Assembly (NCBI GenBank): GCA_028712155.1
Contig: JAQTQO010000002.1
Location: 11,851-75,850 of the forward strand
Direction of reading: 5' to 3'
Origin: Patescibacteria group bacterium
GTDB lineage: Bacteria; Patescibacteriota; Patescibacteriia; Buchananbacterales; GWA2-38-13
Length of the DNA stretch: 64,000 nt
Shown here: positions 1 to 8,236 of the stretch, one piece after another
Position numbering within the stretch: the stretch's first letter is position 1
Layout: every line of letters starts with the position of its first letter
Notes under the pieces: generated by a model
What the model saw: the letters and a program-made list of their open reading frames with translations, nothing else
What the model was told of the DNA's origin: nothing
Databases searched by the model: none
Translations under genes and position numbers: made by a program

Positions 1-189
1 GAGAGGTCTAGGAAATGGTCCGTCTTTCGCAGTAGCTGTCGCTACAGCTACGGAGGATTGAGATATCGAGTGGATATTATTGGAAAAATATCTATGGAAA
101 TGACAAAGCGTAGAAAAATATTTGATACTAACTAATTGGAAAAAAATAGACCAGCAATTTAATTCACACAAACATCATTTGTATATTTT

Positions 190-2355
190 GTGTATATGGA
201 AAGAATATATATTATACCAAGGCCAAAAATTTTCGAAGAGAAACATCTAGTAAATATTGTGGAGTATCGAAAATATGTCGCTGAAGGTTGGAGGCCCAAA
301 AATCGGAGAGCGAAAAAAAATCTCATTTTACAAAAGAAACGAAAACCGTGGCAACTCTTCGAAGATCAAGTCTTTTTGTTTTTTAAGGATGCCCTTAAAT
401 TCCCATTTGTTGAAAAGGGGAAACATTATGGACGAAGCCAGGTTGACATTGCGGCAGGGATTGATGACATTCTTCTAATAATTGACTGCAAAACCAAAGA
501 GGAACCGGGTCCAAAAAATTTGCACACCTACATTACTGCGCACGCTGGTAAACAAGGAACAATAAAAAATTATATCCACCAACAGTTTGGAAAAAAATAT
601 AAACACATACAGTTCATATTAGTCGTGAAGGATATTGATTACTCGGAGAGGGATGTTCAATACGCAAAGGAAAGTAATGTATACCTGTGGGGAGAACGAT
701 ATTTTGAAATTATTGAATATTTGTATCAGATCATTGGACCAGAAAGTCGATACTATTTTTTGAAAGAACTTGCGGTTGGTGATATGCCAATAAAAGACGG
801 TTCTGGTAGATATTTTGAGTGCCCATCCCTCATGGTTCAGCATAATAGTATTCGGATCTACAATTTTTTTATCGAGGCAACCAAGCTTCTTAAATTGGCA
901 TATGTAGCCAACTTGGACCGTGGGACTAAATATTTCTATCAAAGACTGGTCAATAAAAGTCGTCTCCAGGAGATCGGGCAATTTATAGAACAAAATGGCA
1001 CGTTTAAAAATTGCATAATCGTTTCATTTGAAAATAGACCCCCTCGACCAAAAATTATTAAATCGTATAAATCAGAAGATGATAATCAAATTAACATCGT
1101 TCATTTAAAAATTAAAAAAATATATCTAAGTCTCTGGATTATTGACGGACAGCATAGACTATACGGTTTCGCCCGCGTCAGCGACATGCTCAAAAAAAAT
1201 TTATTGCCAGTTGTTGCGATTGAGGATGCTGACAAATCCGAACAAGCCAGAACTTTCGTAGATATAAACCAAAAGCAAAAACCAGTTGATTCTAGTTTGC
1301 TCTGGGTGCTATTTGACCAATTGCGATCAGACCGAGAGGAGGGGGCTATATCACGACTAGTTAAGCGCCTAGCGAATTCTGGTATATTTTACGGAAAAAT
1401 TTATATTCCCGGGACTTCAAGAAGGCGGAGAAAAAATTACACAATTTTCTTTAGTAACTTTTGTAAAGGTATTCTCGACCGCAACATTATTGATGCCAAA
1501 GATAATAATAGTCTATATCGCCTATTGGGAAAAAACGGATACAATGGCGGAGATATTGATAAAGTTGCTAATGAGCTTGAAAAATATTTTCGTCTGCTGT
1601 GCGCTGTGTCGAAAAGCACACGTCATCCCAAATGGATCAACGGATTTATCCTTACGAATAATGGATTGAACGTATTTTTAAGGGTCTTCGCACGCTGCTT
1701 GATTCATTGTCGTGGGGTAATTCATCTCAAAGAATGGAATACATTATTGAGGGCACCCCTAAAGCAATTTTTTTATGAAAATTATGAAAAAATTGACGAA
1801 CTTCGGCGCAAAACAAGTAGTGAGGGCACTCGTGAAGATTTGGCATACACGATTATCGGGCTCATAAATAGATCCGACCCGTCAGGATTATTCGCGCAAG
1901 AGTACATTTTGCGAAAGAACCACAACGTCACAGAAACCGACACATACAAGGTTTACGAATCTCTAGAAAAAAACTTGAGAAAACTATTAAAAGTACATTT
2001 AGGGAAAATATCCACAAACTGGTGGAAGGAACGGCTACCTGAAGACGTCCGAGAGCGCGCCGAGGAAGCACATCGCAAGGGTAATAATCCTAACCCCTTT
2101 ATCATTACGCAACCGAGAAATGTAATAGAATGCCTTGATTTCATGGATTACCCAAAAATATTTACAAGAGGAGATAATTGGCGCGATATCTTCAAAGAAA
2201 TTTTTTGTGACGAAGAAGTGCTGCGGACGTGGTTTAAAGAGTTGAAACCAATTCGCAATAAAATTGCACACCCAGCTAATATGAGCACTGATGAAAAATC
2301 TAAGTTCTTAGAAAACTGTGAAAAACTGAATAAAATCATCGAGCAAAAAATATAG
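190..2355 (+). CDS. Multidomain defence-like protein: N-terminal Mrr-cat-like PD-(D/E)xK nuclease motif, central DGQHR (DndB-like, ParB-fold) domain, C-terminal HEPN-like RNxxxH motif
   Basis: 721-aa ORF; the tool start at 190 is GTG and the first ATG is at 196. The gene is ~30% GC against ~62% GC flanks. Motifs seen: VDIAAGIDDILLIIDCKTK (D..GID..x11..DCK, as in Mrr catalytic domains); IIDGQHRLYGF and FVDINQKQKPV (DGQHR/DndB signature); IRNKIAHP near the C-terminus (Rx4H HEPN motif). A strong GC-rich terminator follows. Confidence 0.55.
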   Translation: MYMERIYIIPRPKIFEEKHLVNIVEYRKYVAEGWRPKNRRAKKNLILQKKRKPWQLFEDQVFLFFKDALKFPFVEKGKHYGRSQVDIAAGIDDILLIIDCKTKEEPGPKNLHTYITAHAGKQGTIKNYIHQQFGKKYKHIQFILVVKDIDYSERDVQYAKESNVYLWGERYFEIIEYLYQIIGPESRYYFLKELAVGDMPIKDGSGRYFECPSLMVQHNSIRIYNFFIEATKLLKLAYVANLDRGTKYFYQRLVNKSRLQEIGQFIEQNGTFKNCIIVSFENRPPRPKIIKSYKSEDDNQINIVHLKIKKIYLSLWIIDGQHRLYGFARVSDMLKKNLLPVVAIEDADKSEQARTFVDINQKQKPVDSSLLWVLFDQLRSDREEGAISRLVKRLANSGIFYGKIYIPGTSRRRRKNYTIFFSNFCKGILDRNIIDAKDNNSLYRLLGKNGYNGGDIDKVANELEKYFRLLCAVSKSTRHPKWINGFILTNNGLNVFLRVFARCLIHCRGVIHLKEWNTLLRAPLKQFFYENYEKIDELRRKTSSEGTREDLAYTIIGLINRSDPSGLFAQEYILRKNHNVTETDTYKVYESLEKNLRKLLKVHLGKISTNWWKERLPEDVRERAEEAHRKGNNPNPFIITQPRNVIECLDFMDYPKIFTRGDNWRDIFKEIFCDEEVLRTWFKELKPIRNKIAHPANMSTDEKSKFLENCEKLNKIIEQKI

Positions 2356-2393
2356 CTTTTACCTTCCCATAACAGTACAATAAAGTTACTACG

Positions 2394-2422
2394 ACGCCCG
2401 GCTAACGAACCGGGCGTTTTTA
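2394..2422 (+). terminator. Rho-independent terminator after the AT-rich island gene
   Basis: Perfect 8-bp stem ACGCCCGG/CCGGGCGT at 2394-2401 and 2410-2417, 8-nt loop, followed by TTTTTAT. Confidence 0.7.
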
Positions 2423-2500
2423 TATCTTCACAAAAACTTCACAAAAAAAGTGCACACTGGGATTACCGAAATTTCAAAAAACCATTAGTCTGGGCGAAGT

Positions 2501-2899
2501 ATGAAAAAAACAAGGAAAGGCGCCGCTCCCCGCCAACCAAAACCTCGTCCGCGCGCCAACGAAGCGGAGGGGGAAAGCGCCGTACTCGCGGCGATCGCCA
2601 CGATGCCGGAACCGGATCGCACCATAGGCGTGCGGCTACATACTATCATCAGGGCCAGTGCGCCGGCTCTCTTGCCAAGACTGTGGTACAGCATGCCCGC
2701 GTATGCCAACAAGGACGGCAAGATCGTTTGCTTCTTCCAGAGCACGCAGAGGTTTCATACGAGGTACGCGACTCTGGGCTTCATGCACGAAGCGAATCTC
2801 GACGAAGGAGCCATGTGGCCGGTCGCCTTTGCGCTGAAGGATTTGACCGCCGCCGAAGGGGTAACGATAGCCGCGCTCGTGAAGAAGGCGGTGAGCTGA
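2501..2899 (+). CDS. DUF1801 (YdhG-like) domain protein
   Basis: 132 aa. Basic N-terminus, then ...[32 protein letters not shown]...[11 protein letters not shown]..., which resembles YdhG/DUF1801 family proteins. High GC (host-like). Confidence 0.45.
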   Translation: MKKTRKGAAPRQPKPRPRANEAEGESAVLAAIATMPEPDRTIGVRLHTIIRASAPALLPRLWYSMPAYANKDGKIVCFFQSTQRFHTRYATLGFMHEANLDEGAMWPVAFALKDLTAAEGVTIAALVKKAVS

Positions 2900-2970
2900 T
2901 TACCAAGCCTTGCTGAGGAAAGATACTTTGTCTTTCTGCTAATGAGTAGGTATAATATTTCTAGAAGTGT

Positions 2971-3537
2971 ATGAACACTACCAATAAAATCGTTACTGTT
3001 CTTGTTGTCGCGGCCATTGCCGTCGCTACAATGGTGATTGCACTCAACATCCAGAACGGACCAGCGATGCAACCGCAGCCGAGCCCGACACCGACGGCGT
3101 CAGTAACGCCAATTTCATCACCAACACCGACACCAGCCACCGGCGTGGAATACCGCAACACCGAGTATGGTTTCAGTTTCCCGCTGCCGGAGAGCTGGCG
3201 CGGGCACACCATTGTCGAAGAAACCTGGCAGGGAGCCACATCCACAGATAGTGGCGAAAAGGTAGTCGAGCACGGCCCGCAGTTGAGCATCCGGCATCCG
3301 CTGTGGACGGATGAAAACCCGCGGCAGGATATCCCGATTATGATTTTCACGCTCGCGCAATGGGACGCCCTGCAGCAGGATAAATTCCACATCGGCGCGG
3401 CGCCGATCGGTCCCAGCGAACTTGGCCGCAACGCGACGTACGTGTTTGCACTTCCGGCGCGGTACAACTACGCGTACCCGACCGGATACGAAGAGGTAGA
3501 CCAGATTCTCCAGAGCAAACCGCTTCACGCGTTCTGA
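2971..3537 (+). CDS. Membrane-anchored or secreted hypothetical protein with Pro/Thr-rich linker
   Basis: 188 aa. N-terminal hydrophobic segment IVTVLVVAAIAVATMVIAL, then PQPSPTPTASVTPISSPTPTPA linker and a globular domain. No recognised family. Confidence 0.5.
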   Translation: MNTTNKIVTVLVVAAIAVATMVIALNIQNGPAMQPQPSPTPTASVTPISSPTPTPATGVEYRNTEYGFSFPLPESWRGHTIVEETWQGATSTDSGEKVVEHGPQLSIRHPLWTDENPRQDIPIMIFTLAQWDALQQDKFHIGAAPIGPSELGRNATYVFALPARYNYAYPTGYEEVDQILQSKPLHAF

Positions 3538-3568
3538 CAAGGTAACAAGCCTACACAAAACTCTTCGT

Positions 3569-4063
3569 ATGTATCCAGCTTCTAGTAAAGGATTGAACCG
3601 AGAAACGGACGAGGCCGTTTACTTTTTTACCCCCACCTTTGCGCCATTGGATAATTTTTCTGCACATACGGTTCGCGTTTGGGGCAAAACATTCCCTACA
3701 GCGGAACACGCGTTCCAGTGGAAAAAATTTTCATCTTCGCATGATGACGTGGCTGAAAAAATTCTGCTGGCGGAAAGTCCGCATGCAGTAAAAAGAATTT
3801 CCGACCAATACAAAAGTGCCGTACCTTTTTCCTGGATCGACGAACGAACTGTCGTAATGGAACAAATACTTCGATCCAAAGCCGAACAGCACGAAGATGT
3901 CCGCGACGCGCTGAAAAGAACTGGAATAAGGACAATTATTGAAAATTCTCCAGTCGACAATTTTTGGGGCATCGGACCGGATAAAAAAGGAGAAAACGCG
4001 GTGGGAAAAATCTGGATGAAAATACGCGATGAGATTCTATCAAATCGTCATATTAATTTGTAA
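3569..4063 (+). CDS. NADAR family protein (YbiA-like, DUF1768)
   Basis: 164 aa. ...FFTPTFAPLDNFSAHTVRVWGKTFPTAEHAFQWKKF...NFWGIGPDKKGENAVGKIWMKIRDE is typical of NADAR/YbiA N-glycosidase-like proteins. Confidence 0.7.
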   Translation: MYPASSKGLNRETDEAVYFFTPTFAPLDNFSAHTVRVWGKTFPTAEHAFQWKKFSSSHDDVAEKILLAESPHAVKRISDQYKSAVPFSWIDERTVVMEQILRSKAEQHEDVRDALKRTGIRTIIENSPVDNFWGIGPDKKGENAVGKIWMKIRDEILSNRHINL

Positions 4064-4080
4064 TTTATGGAGGTGATTTT

Positions 4081-4368
4081 ATGTTGCACGAAGACCGTGA
4101 AAATTTATCCGACCGCACCCAAAACCTCAAGCGGGCGATCGACTCCCTGACGGAAGAACTGACCGCCGTGGACTGGTACAACCAGCGCGCGGACGCCACC
4201 ACCGACGACAATTTGAAAAAAATTCTCCTGCATAACGCCAACGAGGAGAAAGAACACGCCGCCATGCTGCTCGAATGGATTCGCCAACACGACGAGGGTT
4301 TTGCCAAGGAACTCAAACAATACCTTTTTGCCAAAGGCGCTGACATCGCCAATCTGGAAAAGGTCTAG
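4081..4368 (+). CDS. Ferritin-like protein, encapsulated-ferritin (EncFtn)-like
   Basis: 95 aa. ...LTAVDWYNQRADATTDDNLKKILLHNANEEKEHAAMLLEWIRQHDE... matches the EncFtn pattern (AVDWY.QR.DA...HN..EEKEHAAM.LEW.R). No encapsulin shell gene is nearby. Confidence 0.5.
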   Translation: MLHEDRENLSDRTQNLKRAIDSLTEELTAVDWYNQRADATTDDNLKKILLHNANEEKEHAAMLLEWIRQHDEGFAKELKQYLFAKGADIANLEKV

Positions 4369-5432
4369 TGCGTATGCCGCGCGGTCAAACACACAGCGTC
4401 GAGTGCCGGCTTTACCGGAAACTGGACGACAATTTTGTGCAGTGCCAAACCTGCCGTCATGCCTGTAAAATCAGGGATGGCAGCGTCGGTGTGTGCGGCG
4501 TGCGCCAGAACATCGGCGGCCGGCTGCAGCTTTTGGTGTACGGTAAAGTCGCCGCTATGCACGTTGACCCGATCGAGAAAAAACCGCTGTTTCATTTTCT
4601 CCCCGGCAGTTCGACATTTTCATTCGGGACGCTGGGCTGCAATTTCCGCTGCGACAACTGCCACAACGCCGAACTTTCGCAGATGTCCAACGCGAAAGGC
4701 CGCGTCAAGGATTACGCCAAGCTGTCTTGGGGCGAGTCAGTCTCGCCGGCAGAAATCGTCGCCAGCGCCCAGGCGACGCAGTGCCAGAGTATCGCCTATA
4801 CCTACAACGAGCCGACGGTTTTTTTCGAGTACGCCCTCGACACCATGCAGCTGGCCCGGAAAGCGGGTTTGAAAAATGTCTGGGTGTCCAACGGCTACAT
4901 GTCGTCGCAAACGCTTGATGCGATCATCCCCTACCTGGACGCCGTCAACGTGGACATCAAATCCGGGGACGAATCGTTCTACCAAAAAAGCTGCGGCGGC
5001 AAACTCCAAGCGATCCTGGAAAACTGCCAACACCTGGTCAGAGAGAAAATCTGGCTTGAGATCACCACCCTGGTGATCCCGACGCTCTCGGACGGCGCGG
5101 AAACGCTTGCCAAAGTCGCCGCGTTCATCGCCAAAGAGCTTGGCGATTTCGTACCCTGGCACGTGAGCGCGTTCTCCGGCGCCATCTCATGGAAACTACA
5201 GGACCTGCCGGATACGCCGGTCAAAACGATTCAGCGCGCCTACCGCATCGGCCAGGACGCGGGACTCGAATACGTCTACGCCGGCAATGTGTGGGACCGC
5301 GATACCGAGAGCACCCGCTGCCCGCAGTGCGGTAAGATGGTCATCGAGCGCTCCGGCTATCAGGTCACGCGGCACGACCGCGACGGCGCGTGCCCGGGCT
5401 GCAAGACCGTACTTGCCGGTGTCTACCATTGA
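4368..5432 (+). CDS. AmmeMemoRadiSam-system-type radical SAM enzyme (PflA-like activating enzyme)
   Basis: 354 aa. N-terminal Cys cluster CQTCRHAC...VCGV, then FGTLGCNFRCDNCHN (radical SAM CxxxCxxC context typical of AmmeMemoRadiSam proteins) and a C-terminal CPQCG...CPGC motif. Start overlaps the upstream stop. Confidence 0.75.
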   Translation: MRMPRGQTHSVECRLYRKLDDNFVQCQTCRHACKIRDGSVGVCGVRQNIGGRLQLLVYGKVAAMHVDPIEKKPLFHFLPGSSTFSFGTLGCNFRCDNCHNAELSQMSNAKGRVKDYAKLSWGESVSPAEIVASAQATQCQSIAYTYNEPTVFFEYALDTMQLARKAGLKNVWVSNGYMSSQTLDAIIPYLDAVNVDIKSGDESFYQKSCGGKLQAILENCQHLVREKIWLEITTLVIPTLSDGAETLAKVAAFIAKELGDFVPWHVSAFSGAISWKLQDLPDTPVKTIQRAYRIGQDAGLEYVYAGNVWDRDTESTRCPQCGKMVIERSGYQVTRHDRDGACPGCKTVLAGVYH

Positions 5433-5462
5433 TTGTCTCGCGCCGCACTCTGCCCGCACCCG

Positions 5463-5491
5463 CCGCATCCCTTCGATGAGATGCGGTTTTG
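5463..5491 (+). terminator. Rho-independent terminator after the radical SAM gene
   Basis: Stem CCGCATC/GATGCGG at 5463-5469 and 5480-5486, 10-nt loop, then TTTTG. Confidence 0.55.
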
Positions 5492-5524
5492 TATCCTGTG
5501 CCGTTTCTCCCACGGTGCAAAAGA

Positions 5525-5533
5525 TGGTACAAT
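5525..5533 (+). promoter_or_regulatory. Candidate extended -10 promoter element (TGgTACAAT) for mgtA
   Basis: TG at 5525-5526 and TACAAT at 5528-5533, ~25 nt upstream of the ATG at 5558. No convincing -35 element. Confidence 0.3.
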
Positions 5534-5557
5534 CTCAGTGTTAAATTAGGCGTGTGT

Positions 5558-8125
5558 ATGAAAGGTAAAACGAAACCGCGCGGGGAAAATATCGAGGAAC
5601 TGTTGCGCTCCTTCAATGAGCTGGCCGTCGAAAAGGCGCTCGCGAAACTGGAGACGACGGCCACCGGCTTGACGGAAAAAGAAGTCAAACGGCGCCGCGC
5701 GATATGGGGTGAGAATGAAGTAATTTCCCGCAAACGCGCCGGCATTTTCCGCGAGCTCGCCGGGCGTTTCGCCAGCCCGCTGGTCATCACGCTATTGGTG
5801 GTGGCCGGCTTGTCGTTTTTTTTGGGTGAAAAAATCAGCGCCGTCATCGTCATCATGATGGCGGTCTTGAGCGTCATCCTAACCTTTGTGCAGGAGCACA
5901 AAGCCGAACGGAACGCCGAGAAACTGAAAGAAATGGTGCACATCACCACCCACGTGCTGCGCGACGGTGCGCTGCGCGAGGTGAAGCTGAGCGAGCTGGT
6001 GCCCGGCGACCTCGTGGAGCTGTCCGCCGGCGACATGGTGCCCTCAGACCTGCGGGTGATCGTGGCCAAAGACTTGACCGTCAACCAATCGGCGCTCAAC
6101 GGCGAATCGCTGCCCGTTGACAAACATGCGGTGCGCACAAACACGTCGGCCAGCTCCCTTTACGACCTCGACGCCATCGCCTGCATGGGATCGAGCGTAG
6201 TGAGCGGAACCGCGCACGGCGTGATCATCCGCACCGGCCAGCATACGCATTTCGGCCAGCTGTCGCAGGCGATAACCGCCGGCGAACCGGAAACCGCTTT
6301 CGACCGCGGCATCCGCCAGTTCACGTGGATGATGATCTCGCTCATCCTCGTGCTCACCATCACCATTTTTATCATCAATGCGCTGCTCAAGAACGCATTC
6401 GTCGAGTCGCTGCTGTTTTCGCTGGCGGTGGCCGTCGGGCTGGCACCGGAAATGCTGCCGATGATCGTGACGGTCAACCTGTCCAAAGGCGCCATCGCCA
6501 TGGCCAAAAAGCAGGTCATCATCAAGCGGCTCGATGCGATCCAGAACTTCGGCGCCATGGACGTGCTGTGCACCGACAAAACCGGCACGCTGACGCTGGA
6601 TCAAATCGCCCTGGTGAAATTCTGCGATACCGCCGGCCGCGACAACGAACACGTGCTGCGGGAAGCGTTCATCAACAGCTCGTTTCAGACCGGTTTGAAT
6701 AATCTGCTTGACCGGGCGGTGCTCCACCACCGGAATTTCGACCTGCACGGCGTGGCCAAAATCGACGAAATCCCGTTCGATTTTTCGCGCAAGATCATGT
6801 CGGTGGTAGTCCGCGACGGCGCGCAGGCAATGCTCATCGCGAAAGGCGCGCCTGAGGAAATATTTACCCGCAGCAACCGCTACCGTAACGGAAATTCCCT
6901 CCAACCCTTAACGCCGGCCGCCCGCGACCAGATCAGCCGGTTGTACGCCGCGCTGAGTTCCGACGGTTTTCGCGTCCTAGCCGTCGCTTCGAAAAGCATC
7001 GCCCAGCCGAAAACCGACTACGAGCCGGAAGACGAGGTTGATCTGGCGATCGACGGATTCGTGGCATTTTTGGATCCGCCCAAACCCACCGCCAAAGACG
7101 CCATTCATGACCTGCGAAAACTCGGCGTGCAGCTGAAAATTCTTTCCGGCGACAACGAGATGGTGAACCAGAAAATTTGTTCCGAAGTGGGCCTGGGCGG
7201 CGCCAAAGTATTGTCCGGGCGCGAAGTGGAAGCGATGAACGACGACGCGCTTGGCCGGGCAGTGGAAACCACTACGGTGTTTGCACGCGTACTGCCGATG
7301 CAAAAAGAGCGCATCATCCGGGCGCTGCAGCACAACTGCCACATCGTGGGGTTTTTGGGTGACGGCATCAACGACGCGCCGGCGCTCAAATCCGCCGATG
7401 TCGGCATTTCCGTGGATAACGCCGTGGACATCGCCCGTGAAACCGCCGACATCATCGTGCTGCAAAAGGGCCTGCGGGTGCTCGCCGACTGCGTCCGCGA
7501 AGGCCGAAAGACGTTTGCCAACACGCTCAAGTACATCAAAATGGGCGCCAGCTCCAATTTCGGCAACATGGTGAGCATGACCGGTGCCAGCCTGTTTTTG
7601 CCGTTCTTGCCGATGCTGCCGACCCAGATCTTGCTCAATAATTTTCTCTACGACCTATCGCAGGTGACCATCCCCTCCGACTCCGTCGACGATGACTACC
7701 TGATCAAGCCAAGGCCCTGGGACATCAAGTACATTCGCGAGTTTATCCTGACCATCGGGCCGGTCAGCTCGCTGTTCGACTTCGTCACGTTTTTTGTGAT
7801 GTGGAAAATTTTTAACGCCGCACCGGAGATGTTTCGCACCGGCTGGTTTGTGGAATCGCTGTTTACCCAGACGCTGGTCATCCACATCATCCGCACCAAC
7901 AAAATTCCGTTTATCGGCAGCCGGCCCAGCCGCCTGCTGCTCTGGTCGACGCTCGCGGTGGTTGCCGCCGGATGCGTCATCCCGTATTCGCCGCTGTCGG
8001 CATGGTTCGGGTTCACCCCGCTCCCGCTCCGATTCTTCGGCATTCTAGCCGGCATCGCCTTCACCTACCTGTTGCTGACGCAATTTGTCAAGAGCTGGTT
8101 TATCAAAAAATTCGGTTTTGAATAG
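5558..8125 (+). CDS. mgtA: Magnesium-translocating P-type ATPase MgtA
   Basis: 855 aa from the ATG at 5558; the tool ORF starts earlier at 5489. P-type ATPase motifs: CTDKTGTLT, NGESLPV and GDGINDAPALKSADVGISVDNAVDIARETADIIVL. The 10-TM MgtA-like architecture and length are consistent. Confidence 0.85.
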   Translation: MKGKTKPRGENIEELLRSFNELAVEKALAKLETTATGLTEKEVKRRRAIWGENEVISRKRAGIFRELAGRFASPLVITLLVVAGLSFFLGEKISAVIVIMMAVLSVILTFVQEHKAERNAEKLKEMVHITTHVLRDGALREVKLSELVPGDLVELSAGDMVPSDLRVIVAKDLTVNQSALNGESLPVDKHAVRTNTSASSLYDLDAIACMGSSVVSGTAHGVIIRTGQHTHFGQLSQAITAGEPETAFDRGIRQFTWMMISLILVLTITIFIINALLKNAFVESLLFSLAVAVGLAPEMLPMIVTVNLSKGAIAMAKKQVIIKRLDAIQNFGAMDVLCTDKTGTLTLDQIALVKFCDTAGRDNEHVLREAFINSSFQTGLNNLLDRAVLHHRNFDLHGVAKIDEIPFDFSRKIMSVVVRDGAQAMLIAKGAPEEIFTRSNRYRNGNSLQPLTPAARDQISRLYAALSSDGFRVLAVASKSIAQPKTDYEPEDEVDLAIDGFVAFLDPPKPTAKDAIHDLRKLGVQLKILSGDNEMVNQKICSEVGLGGAKVLSGREVEAMNDDALGRAVETTTVFARVLPMQKERIIRALQHNCHIVGFLGDGINDAPALKSADVGISVDNAVDIARETADIIVLQKGLRVLADCVREGRKTFANTLKYIKMGASSNFGNMVSMTGASLFLPFLPMLPTQILLNNFLYDLSQVTIPSDSVDDDYLIKPRPWDIKYIREFILTIGPVSSLFDFVTFFVMWKIFNAAPEMFRTGWFVESLFTQTLVIHIIRTNKIPFIGSRPSRLLLWSTLAVVAAGCVIPYSPLSAWFGFTPLPLRFFGILAGIAFTYLLLTQFVKSWFIKKFGFE

Positions 8126-8146
8126 AACGGGTGCACGGTTTCTGTG

Positions 8147-8174
8147 CCCGGGAGTTGTTCTCCCGGGTATTTTC
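8147..8174 (+). terminator. Rho-independent terminator after mgtA
   Basis: Stem CCCGGGAG/CTCCCGGG, loop TTGTT, then TATTTTC. It overlaps the tool-predicted 5' extension of the next ORF, so that ORF's true start lies downstream. Confidence 0.55.
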
Positions 8175-8236
8175 ATGTACGGGAGTCAACCGCAGGCGGT
8201 CTAGAAATTTGGCGGCAAATACGCTACAGTGAAGCC

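Noticed and set aside
1-189. tRNA or att site at the left boundary of the AT-rich insertion; hairpin GTAGCTG-tcgcta-CAGCTAC at 32-51
   Set aside because: No tRNA-like 3' end or cloverleaf was recognisable. The hairpin lacks a following T-run, so it is not called a terminator, and it may belong to an upstream gene outside the window.
257-2339. Several 60-124 aa ORFs (257-478, 619-993, 1437-1619, 1953-2339) overlapping the 721-aa gene on both strands
   Set aside because: They are fully nested within or antisense to the long ORF, in AT-rich DNA where spurious ORFs are rare only on the coding frame. They have no motifs and no independent signals.
5433-5557. Possible Mg2+ riboswitch (M-box) or mgtA leader upstream of mgtA
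   Set aside because: The intergenic region is only ~125 nt and is largely occupied by the upstream terminator and a candidate -10 element. That is too short for a ~160-nt M-box, and no conserved M-box motifs were recognised.
5365-7638. Antisense ORFs of 142-286 aa inside mgtA (for example 5365-6144, 6044-6904, 6160-6588, 7105-7638)
   Set aside because: High-GC DNA generates long open antisense frames. The translations are low-complexity (Arg/Ala/Ser-rich) with no domain signatures, while the sense frame encodes a complete, motif-perfect P-type ATPase.
8144-8236. Tool-predicted N-terminal extension of the CDF transporter (MPGSCSPGYFHVRES...)
   Set aside because: The extension overlaps the mgtA rho-independent terminator hairpin (8147-8174). 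The CDF-like sequence begins at the Met at 8237.
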